From contig MRSU01011412.1 in assembly GCA_008369845.1 (NCBI GenBank), positions 1-46,960 on the forward strand: a stretch of 46,960 nt of DNA. The letters run 5' to 3'. Of the stretch, positions 30,841 through 41,265 are shown piece after piece (the stretch's first letter is position 1; each line of letters starts with the position of its first letter). This DNA is from Trichomonas gallinae (lineage: Eukaryota). The notes under the pieces were generated by a model. That model did not search any database. It was not told the origin of the DNA and saw only the letters and a program-made list of their open reading frames with translations. The translations under genes were made by a program, and so were the position numbers.

Positions 30841-32481
30841 ATGGAATCTCAGCTGAAGCCAACTGAGGCTGTGGTTGAAGATTTCGGCAAAATTGCAGTT
30901 GACATTGCATCCAAAAAGGAATCAGGCCATCTATACATAACAAATGGAAGGCTTCTCATTTATGATGAAAGTAATAATACTTTTCTTGTTAATTTCGATC
31001 CACCAAGACTTCAAGATACTAAGCTACAGCAAAAGAAGAGCAAAGATAACCCGCCAACAGACACTAGTAGCGCAATGGTAAGAATTGTTGATAATGTTGC
31101 TAAGCAAAACATCACAATTACGTTCACAGGCAAAGCATGCAACTCCAATACAGATAAATTCGTTAGTATGTGCCAGGATTTGAAGAAAGCTCCTCCACTT
31201 CCTGAGCCATCACAAGAAGAGCAAGAATCTCAGCCTTTAACTCTTAGATTGACCAGCGATTTGATCGACAAGAACAAGACACTCCATAGCTTGCTCATGG
31301 AAGCTGTTGACATGAAAGTTCTCTATAATGATACATTCACGAATTATCAGCTCGAAGTTATCAACTTTTTCACAAAACACAGATCGAAAACAATCGGTTA
31401 CTCAAGCAAGGATCAGTGGCAACTGTCACAGCGCGCAGATACAACTTCTGGCGCAAATGTCAGCAAATATTCTCTCGATGAACAGACAATCAGACAAATC
31501 TTCAGGCGTCATCCTGAATTCCACCAAAAGTACAAATCATTGAAGACGCAGGAAGAAAAAGACAAATTCTTCAACGTTGAATTTATCGAACATATCCATA
31601 ACTACAACGATGTCACTAAAGTAAACAACCTCTCTGATATAGATATCGAGCACTTCACTCAGCACGATATCGAAAACCGCTTCAATCAAGTTGAGTCAAT
31701 GACGAGATTAGATATGTTAGGAGATTCATCGCCATACATGGGCGTTTTCAACAAAGACTACATCAAGCCAACAGAAACAATCACTCTCAATGATGTTATG
31801 GTACACAGCGAGCTCGTAATGATGGAATTAGGAGCAACTCCAGATATAAGCGAGCACAAAGGAAAAGAACTGAAATACAAATACGTGCCAATCGAAAAAC
31901 TTGACACTCTAAGTAAAGACTTAACGCCAACAGAGACAACAACTTATTCGCCATTTTCTATGAATTCGGAGTTGTTGTACCAGCAAGAATACGAACCACC
32001 GGCGGCAGACGCATGGAAATCAGCTGTCAACGCCTTTGACGTTGATTTGCAGAACACTCAGCTGAATTTCGAGCAAATGAATGTCGATTCTGTGCTATTT
32101 AAGTCATCACTCGTTGAAATGACTATAGATGATAATCTCTATAACGATTATGATGTTTCAGCGCTCCAGAATTACCAGGTAAATAATATTATCTCGATGT
32201 CAAAGTATTTAACTGAGCTTGAAGCCCTCGCATTCACTTATTGGCGTGAGATGGACAGGCAGTCAAAGGAACCAAGCAATAACATCGATGCTATAAAAGC
32301 TAAAATTGAAGTAATAAAGACAAAAATTGAAGATTTTGTAAGATCATCTCAGGACACTAGATTATTGAATGGTGTGATGGACAGCTTGCAAGAAATAATT
32401 ACACCAATACTCTCAGGAGCATATGCAAAGGATTGCAAGTCAGAAAGAATTTATGGATTTAGATCTTTTACAATCAACTAA
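30841..32481 (+). CDS. TFIIH p62/Tfb1-like protein (PH domain + BSD-like region)
   Basis: 546 aa; N-terminal PH-like strands (KKESGHLYI...); KYSLDEQTIRQIFRRHPEFHQKY resembles p62 BSD (YnLt.d.I..IFr.yP.v..KY); Inr TCATT at 30826-30830. Confidence 0.65.
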   Translation: MESQLKPTEAVVEDFGKIAVDIASKKESGHLYITNGRLLIYDESNNTFLVNFDPPRLQDTKLQQKKSKDNPPTDTSSAMVRIVDNVAKQNITITFTGKACNSNTDKFVSMCQDLKKAPPLPEPSQEEQESQPLTLRLTSDLIDKNKTLHSLLMEAVDMKVLYNDTFTNYQLEVINFFTKHRSKTIGYSSKDQWQLSQRADTTSGANVSKYSLDEQTIRQIFRRHPEFHQKYKSLKTQEEKDKFFNVEFIEHIHNYNDVTKVNNLSDIDIEHFTQHDIENRFNQVESMTRLDMLGDSSPYMGVFNKDYIKPTETITLNDVMVHSELVMMELGATPDISEHKGKELKYKYVPIEKLDTLSKDLTPTETTTYSPFSMNSELLYQQEYEPPAADAWKSAVNAFDVDLQNTQLNFEQMNVDSVLFKSSLVEMTIDDNLYNDYDVSALQNYQVNNIISMSKYLTELEALAFTYWREMDRQSKEPSNNIDAIKAKIEVIKTKIEDFVRSSQDTRLLNGVMDSLQEIITPILSGAYAKDCKSERIYGFRSFTIN

Positions 32482-33024
32482 AGAGTATATTAGATATAAT
32501 TTCTACCAAATATTTTTCATCTAACCATGAAAAAACAACAATAATGCATGAATTTAATTTATATATTTTTATATTATAATCTTAACAACAAAATTCATTT
32601 GCACTATAGTATATATTGGCGAACTATTTTAATCTTTCTTCTCATTGACTTTATTAATTCATTTTTTTATATTAATTTTATTTTAATTGTTTTAAGATTA
32701 AATAAACAGAGATTTTGAGAGGAAAACTGAAAATTTGCTCAATTTTTAAAGATGAAAGGTTAGTTATTGTTATGTTTTTTTATCAAAAATATATATTGCA
32801 AATAAGAGGTATATTACTAAAATATGAAATATATGTCTAACAGGTTCATTAGATTTCCTAATAAAATCACCATAATTTGCGATTTTTAATTTCATGAATA
32901 AAAATCTGTTGATAAAAGCGGGCATTTATACGTAAAAATTATTATTTACCTGATAAAGTGTTTAGATTTAAAATAAAAAGGGAAGAAAAAATAAGTTGTT
33001 TGGGAGGTTTTGACATTATCGATA

Positions 33025-33675
33025 ATGGCTGAGGAAGATCCAACGACACTATGGAACAAAAAGTACTATAAGGCCTGCAAGGTAATCAAACAAATGCTCG
33101 AGGACCGCGGATACTCACCAGTGAATGAATCGGACGAATTGTGGCTTATTAATGAATTCGAACAAGCTGAATTCGACCCTATTTGCAACCTGATCATTGA
33201 TTCACCACATTTATTCCAAAATGGCGAAACGTCTGACATCTTAACCATCGCATTTAACACTGATGAAAAACTCAAGCAAAAAGATTTCGGCAGTAAATAC
33301 TATAAACTCATATCCGAGTCCAACTCCACCTGCCACCATCTCATTCTCATTCATAAGGATGGCGCATTTGGTCCATTAGCTGCGAAATACAAGAAAATTT
33401 TAGCCACTAAGGGCATTAAGTTCGAAACTTTCTGCTATGAGGAGCTCCAGTATAACTTGACTCTTCATTCTTATGTTCCAAAGCATAAGGTCCTTACAAA
33501 TGAGGAAAAGAAAGATCTTTTCCAAAGATATAAAATTAACGAGACCCAGTTGCCTCAAATCCTCAGCACTGATCCTGTCGTTCGTTATTATGGAGCGAAC
33601 CCAGGAATGGTTATCGAAATCACACGCCGCTCTGATACTTGCGGCAGATACGTTACTTTCCGTCTTGTCAAATAA
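33025..33675 (+). CDS. RPB5: RNA polymerases I/II/III shared subunit RPB5
   Basis: ATG 33025; QMLEDRGY, ELQYNLTLHSYVPKH.VL, QLPQI...DPVVRYYG, G.VIEITR.S.TCGRYVTFR. Confidence 0.96.
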   Translation: MAEEDPTTLWNKKYYKACKVIKQMLEDRGYSPVNESDELWLINEFEQAEFDPICNLIIDSPHLFQNGETSDILTIAFNTDEKLKQKDFGSKYYKLISESNSTCHHLILIHKDGAFGPLAAKYKKILATKGIKFETFCYEELQYNLTLHSYVPKHKVLTNEEKKDLFQRYKINETQLPQILSTDPVVRYYGANPGMVIEITRRSDTCGRYVTFRLVK

Positions 33676-34074
33676 TTTGCGCAACCCCTATTATTATTAT
33701 ACAATTTTTATCACTTCATTATTAAGGTGTTACTTTTATATATAGCTAAATACACATATGAAAAATAATATTTTTTTTATTCAAGCCAATAAGAATTTAC
33801 CAAGAGTATTTAACAATACAAACAATATCTTAGATTGTTTAAAGTATTTTTAGACGATTTATCTTTTGAATGAAAAAAATGATTGTTTTATTTATTAGAG
33901 TAAAAATTCTATGAGTTCTACAAATGATCAGCATGAAAAATGAAGATTAAGCATGTTATTATTGAGTTTTGATTATTTTGGAGTTATATTTCGAAATAAT
34001 ACTGTGAAATCCAATAATGGAGTACATGCAAGCTTCTGTAATCTTGATGAGAGCTTTTTAGTGAATAATAAATT

Positions 34075-34530
34075 CTATTCGTAAATATATTTCATGTTTG
34101 TCATGTCGTTGTACAATATTATCATATTTCTATCCATTTTAACCAAATTTAGCTTAATATCAAGACATAGTTGAGTATTTCGTTCTAATTTGTATTTAAT
34201 TTCTACAGCGTTCTTTTTCAATTGGTACACAAGCTCAATTTCTGGTTCTGTTGCTTTAATATTCTGCTGCTTAAATAGAACAGCTTTGACAAAATCATAA
34301 ACAGCATCTGTTGTAACATCAGTTGAAAACCATTCATAGATCCATTTTGTGGCATCCTTCATCTTATTTTTGATAAGTACGAAAACAACTTGGTTTCTTT
34401 CGGATAAATTAGATGTTTTTACGAGTGATTTCCAAAATGTTTGCAGTTCTGGAGGTTGTTCTGATTTATATGTCTGAAGGGTATTTAAACATGGTTTTGT
34501 CTTATTTGTTTTCTTATTTCTTTGTCGCAT
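34075..34530 (-). CDS. Hypothetical protein (about 151 aa), possible ubiquitin/UBX-like fold
   Basis: ATG 34530 (MRQRNKK); upstream ORF extension runs through the motif-rich promoter; WFSTDVTTDAVYDFVK weakly UBX-like. Confidence 0.6.
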   Translation of the reverse strand: MRQRNKKTNKTKPCLNTLQTYKSEQPPELQTFWKSLVKTSNLSERNQVVFVLIKNKMKDATKWIYEWFSTDVTTDAVYDFVKAVLFKQQNIKATEPEIELVYQLKKNAVEIKYKLERNTQLCLDIKLNLVKMDRNMIILYNDMTNMKYIYE

Positions 34531-34557
34531 TTGATAAAAATTCCACAAATTTATTTT

Positions 34558-34675
34558 TGACACGTAAATTCTGACAAATATCAATGATTTTGACAAGTAA
34601 AATACATGAACTGACATGTAAATCCGATAAAAAATGTGACTTTTTGACATATAAATTTTATTTTTGTCACGTAAA
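34558..34675 (+). promoter_or_regulatory. Cluster of TG(A/T)CANGTAAA motifs in short divergent promoter
   Basis: Copies at 34558, 34591, 34612, 34645, 34665 (spacings 33, 21, 33, 20). Confidence 0.65.
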
Positions 34676-34695
34676 TTAATTTAACAGGAGCAAAT

Positions 34696-35382
34696 ATGGA
34701 TTCTTCGTTTGCTTCTGTATCAACATTTAAAAACGATTTAATTACCATTGAAGGTAATGATAAACCACATAAGAAAACTCCCTTATTGCCGAGAGCTGAT
34801 GATACCTCATCTGATATTAGTTCAAATTCAAATTCTACAACAGAAAAACATCGTAAAAAGAACAAAATAATATTTACACCCCATTGGTTCACAAACGCTG
34901 AGTTTAAACAGAAAAATAAAAAATCATGGAACGAAAAGTATAAAGAGATGACAGATGTCCACTATAGAATGGAAGTACTAGAAAAGAAAATATCAGATGA
35001 TGAAATACCAGATGTTATTCATCCAGGAATGCTCCCATCTCTCGAAGTGAAAAAAGAACCATTAGAATTAACACTCAAAGAAAAGAGATTGCTCAAGAAA
35101 TACACTCTAGTCCAAGAAAAACAGATCAAACCGCTATTTTGGCCCGATAGAGTTTACGATGATGAAATGCAGATTTTAAACGAATCTGAAACGAATCAAC
35201 TTGTTCAACAGATAGAAAAAATTAATGAACCAGTTGACATTGATGACTTCGATGAGCCAAGAATTAGAAAAGAATCTGCTGCAAATCAAATAGAAGGAAG
35301 ACATTGTATTACTTTCTCAACGCTGGACTATGAAACAGAAAATGAGTCTGATAACACTCAATGGTCAGATGCTGAATACTAA
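34696..35382 (+). CDS. Hypothetical charged protein, possible PEHE-like motif
   Basis: 228 aa ORF; IFTPHW...VHYRMEVLEKK recalls the P-W...H..E..E pattern of PEHE domains (weak). Confidence 0.65.
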   Translation: MDSSFASVSTFKNDLITIEGNDKPHKKTPLLPRADDTSSDISSNSNSTTEKHRKKNKIIFTPHWFTNAEFKQKNKKSWNEKYKEMTDVHYRMEVLEKKISDDEIPDVIHPGMLPSLEVKKEPLELTLKEKRLLKKYTLVQEKQIKPLFWPDRVYDDEMQILNESETNQLVQQIEKINEPVDIDDFDEPRIRKESAANQIEGRHCITFSTLDYETENESDNTQWSDAEY

Positions 35383-36017
35383 CCACTTCTTTAGCAATAC
35401 AGTTTCGCGCGAACTTTATTTTCGTATATTAATTTTCTACAGATTTTCAAAATAGAGACACTTATCTTGTTTGTTTTCGTATAAAAATTACTCTCATATT
35501 ATATAATTCTCTCATTTGAAATATTTAATTAGTTTCTGTTCAAATAAATAATTAAGCTTACAAGTGTTTAAAGTTTAGGCAGCATTCAGCTGAAAGATGG
35601 TGAAGATATACCATATGAATCAAAAGAATAAATTCTATATTGAGAGTTATATCGAACTTAACTTGGATGTTTGATAATTTGAATGTTTAATATCTGCCAG
35701 TTCTAGCCTATATGATGCTGTAATTAAGATGCAATTTTGGAAGATAATTTGATTATTTTAAATTCAAAAAGAAATTAATAGATGAATAGTTTTATATCTA
35801 TGATAGTGTACACAAAAGTATTGTATTAACATCTCTAGCTGTAATGAAAATTCTGACATGTAATGACGAGATTTGACATTTGTATCCAAAATAACCTTAT
35901 ATAATAAATCATTGAAACAAAATATTAAGACTCAAACAACACGAGTATTATCTATATATAGTTTTTATGATCAAAATTTTGAGGTGTCTCCCCCTAAATT
36001 AAATCTAAATTCGTGGA

Positions 36018-36749
36018 ATGAGTGGCGATCCACGAGCCATAGTAATGATAATGGATAACTCGTATTTCTCCATTGATGGTGATTTTCCGCCCACACGAAT
36101 CGAAGCTCAACGATCTGCAGTAAATTCGCTTGCAAATTATATTTTTTCAGTAAATTCAAACTCGAAAGTAGCAATATATACATCAGGCACGAAAGAATTC
36201 GGAATAAGACTCTCTTTTGTTTCTTCTGCTGCAAAAATTTTACCCGCCATATCTCAAATAACATGTGGTGGTACAATTAAACTAGAAACTTGCATAAAAC
36301 AAGCTTTAATATCGTTCCATTTCATAGAAAATCGTTGTTCAAAGAGTGTTTTATGCTTCGTTGGTGGTCCTAATGATATCACTGAGAAAAACATTCCGAT
36401 ATTATCACAGGCATGCAAAAAGGAGAATGCAGACTTACATATACTTGCTTTTGGTAATAGTGTCCCGAATGTACCTAGTTTAGAAAGATTAGTTCATAGC
36501 ACATCCACAAAATCAATATTTATAAATGTTCCAATAGTTCCCGGAGATCCACCTGTTATTAGTGATGAGCTTCTTAAGTCAGATTTGGGTCCAGGAGAAA
36601 AGAATGCTAGATTAGAATTAAAAGCAATTTCAGACTTAGATCCTGTGATTTGTAAAGAGCTGATGATAGCATTTCAGTCGCATCAGCAAGGAAAAGATAT
36701 TGATGATATGGTTGTTAAAAAAAGACGCAAAACAAAGAAAAAATTATAA
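36018..36749 (+). CDS. Rpn10/S5a-like vWA domain protein (26S proteasome regulatory subunit paralog)
   Basis: 243 aa; IMDNSYFSIDGDFPPTRIEAQ, CFVGGP, KKEN..LHILAFG match Rpn10 vWA domain. Confidence 0.85.
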   Translation: MSGDPRAIVMIMDNSYFSIDGDFPPTRIEAQRSAVNSLANYIFSVNSNSKVAIYTSGTKEFGIRLSFVSSAAKILPAISQITCGGTIKLETCIKQALISFHFIENRCSKSVLCFVGGPNDITEKNIPILSQACKKENADLHILAFGNSVPNVPSLERLVHSTSTKSIFINVPIVPGDPPVISDELLKSDLGPGEKNARLELKAISDLDPVICKELMIAFQSHQQGKDIDDMVVKKRRKTKKKL

Positions 36750-37502
36750 TTTTTTTTCTAATATTTGCTTCTGATCTTGTTTTATATTATATATTGTATA
36801 TTGTTTTTAATTGTAAATATATGTTTCTGTCTTTTATAAACCAAAACATTGGATATTATTTTTGATATAATTTTAATCGAGATCTATTGCTTATACCTCA
36901 ATAACCAACCATATTCATCCAATACATACAATATATACTACACATTGTGTTTTTTTAAGGTGTCATTCAATTTGATGGATATGATTATTGTGGGTGAATG
37001 TTTTTACTTCATCACAATGATTCTAATTTAACGAATATATTTGAATAATAAGTTGCAACTTGAAGAATAAAGTAGTTTGTGCATGATTTTTCGAATTTTT
37101 GCTCAATTTTAGGATAAAACGCTTACACCGAATGTAAAATTATTACAATTCCAATAGGTATTCGTATGGAATAGTTAAAACATATCTTTTAGATCAGATT
37201 TTATTAGACCATAATAGATCAATGGAATATTATCATCACACATATAGATTTTAAAACCATGTGGTTATGTTATATAATTGAATTAATCCAATAACACTTT
37301 GGGCATTATGTAATATCAAATATATTTTTTTTATTCATTTAAATCGCGATTTAACCAAAGAAACCAAGCTACCTCATCTATATTTATTTGCACAATCCTT
37401 AGTTCAGTTAATTCGAATGTATTTGTTCAAGAATTAAAATTTGAAGAAAATTTAAGGAAAAACCGGCCAATTAAAAGAGAAAAAAAGATACTAAAGTTTA
37501 TT

Positions 37503-38594
37503 CTATTCATTCTTCATTTGCAAGTGAGCAAGATATGTAGCGCCGTAAAGGTTGAAGTTGTAGTCTGTGTTCTGAGACCAAACTGTTGTGTCCTTGATCC
37601 AGTCTGAGCGTGTGCCGTCGAAGAACTCGGCCTTGAGCTTATCTGTATTATCCTTGATCATGTAGTCGTTGTTGACTTGGTTGGACAAAGCCATAACAAT
37701 AGAGTCACACTTCATTGTTAAAGCAAATGCTCTTGCAAGACGTGTGTAATAAATATAATGCTGAAGCATTGCAGCGTAAGCCTTCTTATCGCCTTTCTTA
37801 GCGAGATTTGAGACTGTAGCAGCATCAACATCGGATGATGGAACCCAGTACTTGTGAAGAGCTCTGATAGCTCTGGCAGATGCGAGATCTTCGTATCCTG
37901 GGCATGTTGCACCATCATACCAATAGTCTGACAAGTACTGAACGATCTTGCGCTCGTAGTCGAAGTTTTCGTGAGCCTTGTAAATTGTCGGAATTTGGAG
38001 ATAGCCCATTTCAGTAGCCATAACATATGGTTGTCCAATGATTGGGTCCTTAAGGATAACTGCAGCACCAAGGCCTGATCCCAAAGCCATAACTGCTGTT
38101 CTTCCATTTCCGACGACCTTGTCTCCTGGTCCCCAGAGCTTTCTAAAGAACTTCTTGGATCCAGCACCATGATCCATAGCAACGAGACCGTATGCGCATG
38201 CTTCAAGGTCGTTAAGCAAATAATGTGCCTTCTTTGGATACATTCCTTCTGGGAATTTCATTGTCTCGATTGTTCTCTCAGGATCTGGGACGTTCCAATT
38301 GCTTGGAATGATGATGTCTCCCTTCCTGAGACCGCCGATAGCGAATGCACCACCGAAGCACTTAGCTGTTGGAACAACTTTCTTGATGGCGTTGTGAACT
38401 ACGTCGATATCAGCGTAGAGTTCCTTTGCGTTATTGGCCAATAACTTTGGAATGTCAACGAATTCATGCTGGTTGGCTGGATTGGAGATACGAAAACGGA
38501 TTCCAGATGCGCCAACATCAGCACCGACGCAGTATCCGAGAACTCTGTTCAGTCCCCAGTTCTTCAATGGCTTGAGAACACTTACGTCTAGCAT
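37503..38594 (-). CDS. Glucokinase (bacterial Glk/group A type)
   Basis: 363 aa; GADVGASGIRF, LLNDLEACAYG, ALGSGLG, TEMGY, YEDLASAR; high-expression codon bias. Confidence 0.88.
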   Translation of the reverse strand: MLDVSVLKPLKNWGLNRVLGYCVGADVGASGIRFRISNPANQHEFVDIPKLLANNAKELYADIDVVHNAIKKVVPTAKCFGGAFAIGGLRKGDIIIPSNWNVPDPERTIETMKFPEGMYPKKAHYLLNDLEACAYGLVAMDHGAGSKKFFRKLWGPGDKVVGNGRTAVMALGSGLGAAVILKDPIIGQPYVMATEMGYLQIPTIYKAHENFDYERKIVQYLSDYWYDGATCPGYEDLASARAIRALHKYWVPSSDVDAATVSNLAKKGDKKAYAAMLQHYIYYTRLARAFALTMKCDSIVMALSNQVNNDYMIKDNTDKLKAEFFDGTRSDWIKDTTVWSQNTDYNFNLYGATYLAHLQMKNE

Positions 38595-39144
38595 TCGAAA
38601 AAATTATTCTGAAAAATACGATAAAAAGTTCAATAATGATGCTCGAATCAGCATCTATTACCAATAAAACAGCGATTTTGCTAAGAATTAGAATCAGATT
38701 TTAATGATGACATTTAATTTTGCCATTTCATATTTTACAAAAAACCGTTAATTTGTGATCGACTGTTACATTGAAACTGACAAATATTTAGTTTTTTTTG
38801 ACACGTAAATCATTGTTTACTCCAAAGCCAAACCACTGAACTATATTCATCCAGACACTATATTTTTAATAAAAATATTGAAAATGTTCATTTTTACAAT
38901 GGAATTCAATATCCAAATTTTATAAAATCATTCTAAAAAGATGTATATCTATAATGAATATGCCTACCATAGCCTTAAAAGATTGCTGCATTTGTTATGA
39001 TATCATATATATCAATATGATATGATTTTAACAACGAATGAAAAAAAAAAAAATTACATGTCAATTTTAATTTTACATGACAATTTATTTTGAAAATTTT
39101 ATTTGACAAAAGATTTTTATTTACAAGACAAAAATTTTAGAAGT

Positions 39145-40029
39145 ATGGAACCATATGAGATAATAAAATCAATTGAGGAACTAAAAAGAGGCAACACATC
39201 ACCAGAAAACTTCAAAATGTTGTATGTTGCATGCTCAAAAAGTTCGAATGCCCAAGATTTTATAATGGAACATCTCCCAATTTCATTTTTTGAAGAACAC
39301 TTTAAGACAGATGATGCAGTACTTATAAAAGTTATAAATCTATGCAATAATTTAAGTGTTGCCAATCCAAATAATCAAGAAAAACTTTTAGATCTTCTTA
39401 TTCCTAAAATCAACACAATACAATGGAACCAACAATCAGGAAAATCATTTATGATGTTTTTACTCGCGTGTTGCCAACCAACAAGCTTGTACAGAAAAAG
39501 ATTAACTGTTGATTTACTATTGCCTTTTGTTTTAGTATATCACAATGCTACAGATGAGGTAGATGAAGATTTTTACTTCCATTTGATTACATTAATGGCA
39601 GAGCCAGCTTTAGAATTTTTGAAATATGGATTAACTCATCTAGATATAACATATTCTATTACAGATTTACTTCATGATACAGCAGAAGTTGCTCCAGATC
39701 AAATAGATCATGAGCCATTCATTAAATTCATTTTGGAAATTATTCAACAAAGAGACTTAAAGCCATCACAAGCACGCTCTAATATTATTGGTGTTTTCGC
39801 TGCACTTGTTGGATCATCAGATAAAGCACGATGCACAGCTTTAAATTGCGATGCAGTCGAAATATTGAAGAAATTGAACAAAGCCGATATGGAAGATCCA
39901 GCTGTTCTCGAATGGAGCGTTGCAGCCTTGAGGTTCTTAGTTCAATTCGTTGATCCTGAAGGCAAAAATAAGATATACACACCAGCACCCGACGCCGAAA
40001 ACATTTTTGATGATCCAAACTTCATGTAA
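39145..40029 (+). CDS. Ataxin-10-like ARM-repeat protein
   Basis: ATG 39145; LCNNLSVANPNNQEKL and EDPAVLEWSVAALRFL resemble ataxin-10 motifs (L.N....N...Q; P...EW...AiR.L). Confidence 0.65.
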   Translation: MEPYEIIKSIEELKRGNTSPENFKMLYVACSKSSNAQDFIMEHLPISFFEEHFKTDDAVLIKVINLCNNLSVANPNNQEKLLDLLIPKINTIQWNQQSGKSFMMFLLACCQPTSLYRKRLTVDLLLPFVLVYHNATDEVDEDFYFHLITLMAEPALEFLKYGLTHLDITYSITDLLHDTAEVAPDQIDHEPFIKFILEIIQQRDLKPSQARSNIIGVFAALVGSSDKARCTALNCDAVEILKKLNKADMEDPAVLEWSVAALRFLVQFVDPEGKNKIYTPAPDAENIFDDPNFM

Positions 40030-40269
40030 CAATATAGTTGACCTCATAGAGATACTTCATAAACGAATAAACATACATGTATACTTCATATGCAAATAAT
40101 TTCGAAATTGATTTCGCAGAATTACTCATTATCAGCTGTTTTCTTTGCACCATGCATATAAATACAAATTTCATTCACATACACAAATAAAAATTAGCTC
40201 TTTGTTTTGTTTATATATAGTACACACGTACATATCAGACATAAAAAAAATTATTTTAGATAATAGTTT

Positions 40270-40990
40270 TTACTTCTTGTTATCTCTGCACCATTGTTAC
40301 CATTCCCTTTCGCATTTGTCAGCGTTCTGTAACTTCCTTGTCAGCTTTTCATTTGTTGTTCTGTCGGGGATTAGCTGAGTAAATGGATGATCAAGACTAT
40401 CCATTTTATCTTCGATCTCGTATGTTGGAGGAAGGTCATTGATAGCATTGGCATACCTTGATGCTACAAATTAGCCTTGAATGAGCTTTGACAATATGAT
40501 AAATGAAGTCAAGGTGTCTATGAATTATATCAGAGCTCTTTGATAGAAAAATATTTCAAAATTGTTGACTCAATTTTGATTTTCAACAGTTTGGTAAAAT
40601 CTAACTTTATGTCAGTTATGTTATATTATACAGAAATAGGAACGAAATTTATAGCAAAGCGTTTAAGATGCACATTTTTCCAGATCTGAATGTTGTCACA
40701 CTTTTAGTATCGTAAAGAATCGTCGCATAATTGAAAATGTCACCTTTTGGCAACTTTGTGATGATGTCTTTAGGAAGCTGAAATTAAAGCTATATATTTG
40801 CAATTGCAAAATAGTTTAAAAACTCCGTGATAACCATCTTGTTAGCACAAATCAAAACTGCTTTGTGGAAATTGATTTTTGGTAATTTCATAGATATTAA
40901 CGAATATGAGCAAATTTTTAAATAATAAACAATGATAGTTAGGTAATATGGGAGTTTCGGTGTTAAGCAACTTGATGGATAAAAAATCAA
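40270..40990 (-). pseudogene. Degraded protein-coding gene of unknown family
   Basis: Protein-like minus-strand reading FQLPKDIITKLPKGDIFNYATILYDTKSVTTFRSGK ... ITDIKLDFTKLLKIKIEST ... FIDTLTSFIILSKLIQG*FVASRYANAINDLPPTYEIEDKMDSLDHPFTQLIPDRTTNEKLTRKLQNADKCEREW*QWCRDNKK*, with several TAA/TAG stops and about two frameshifts; 5' limit uncertain. Confidence 0.6.
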
Positions 40991-41265
40991 GTAGAAATAA
41001 AAGTTTTTGGCAATTTTTTAAAAAGTCACTTTTTGATCAATTAAGTTTGAATTGAAGATAATCGTTTTGTATTGAATTCTATAATCTTTTTACAGGCGTG
41101 AAAGTATCTAAAATTATAATATCATTTTAATCAAATTTAGTAGATCCATTTCTTCAAAATATATTTTAAGGGGAAAATAATCGTCTGCCGCAGAATTCAT
41201 AATTTTCTAAAAATGTACTGTAATCGATTGGAAGAACACAAATTTTCTCATTAATTGTCTGATGA

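Noticed and set aside
34531..34892. N-terminal extension of 34075 ORF and 103-aa ORF 34581..34892
   Set aside because: Run through the motif-rich promoter or antisense to the 34696 gene; non-ATG or implausible starts.
40270..40990. Alternative genetic code (TAA/TAG read as Gln)
   Set aside because: Conserved genes in the window (RAD6, RPB5, SUA5) end in TAA and have no internal stops; region also has frameshifts.
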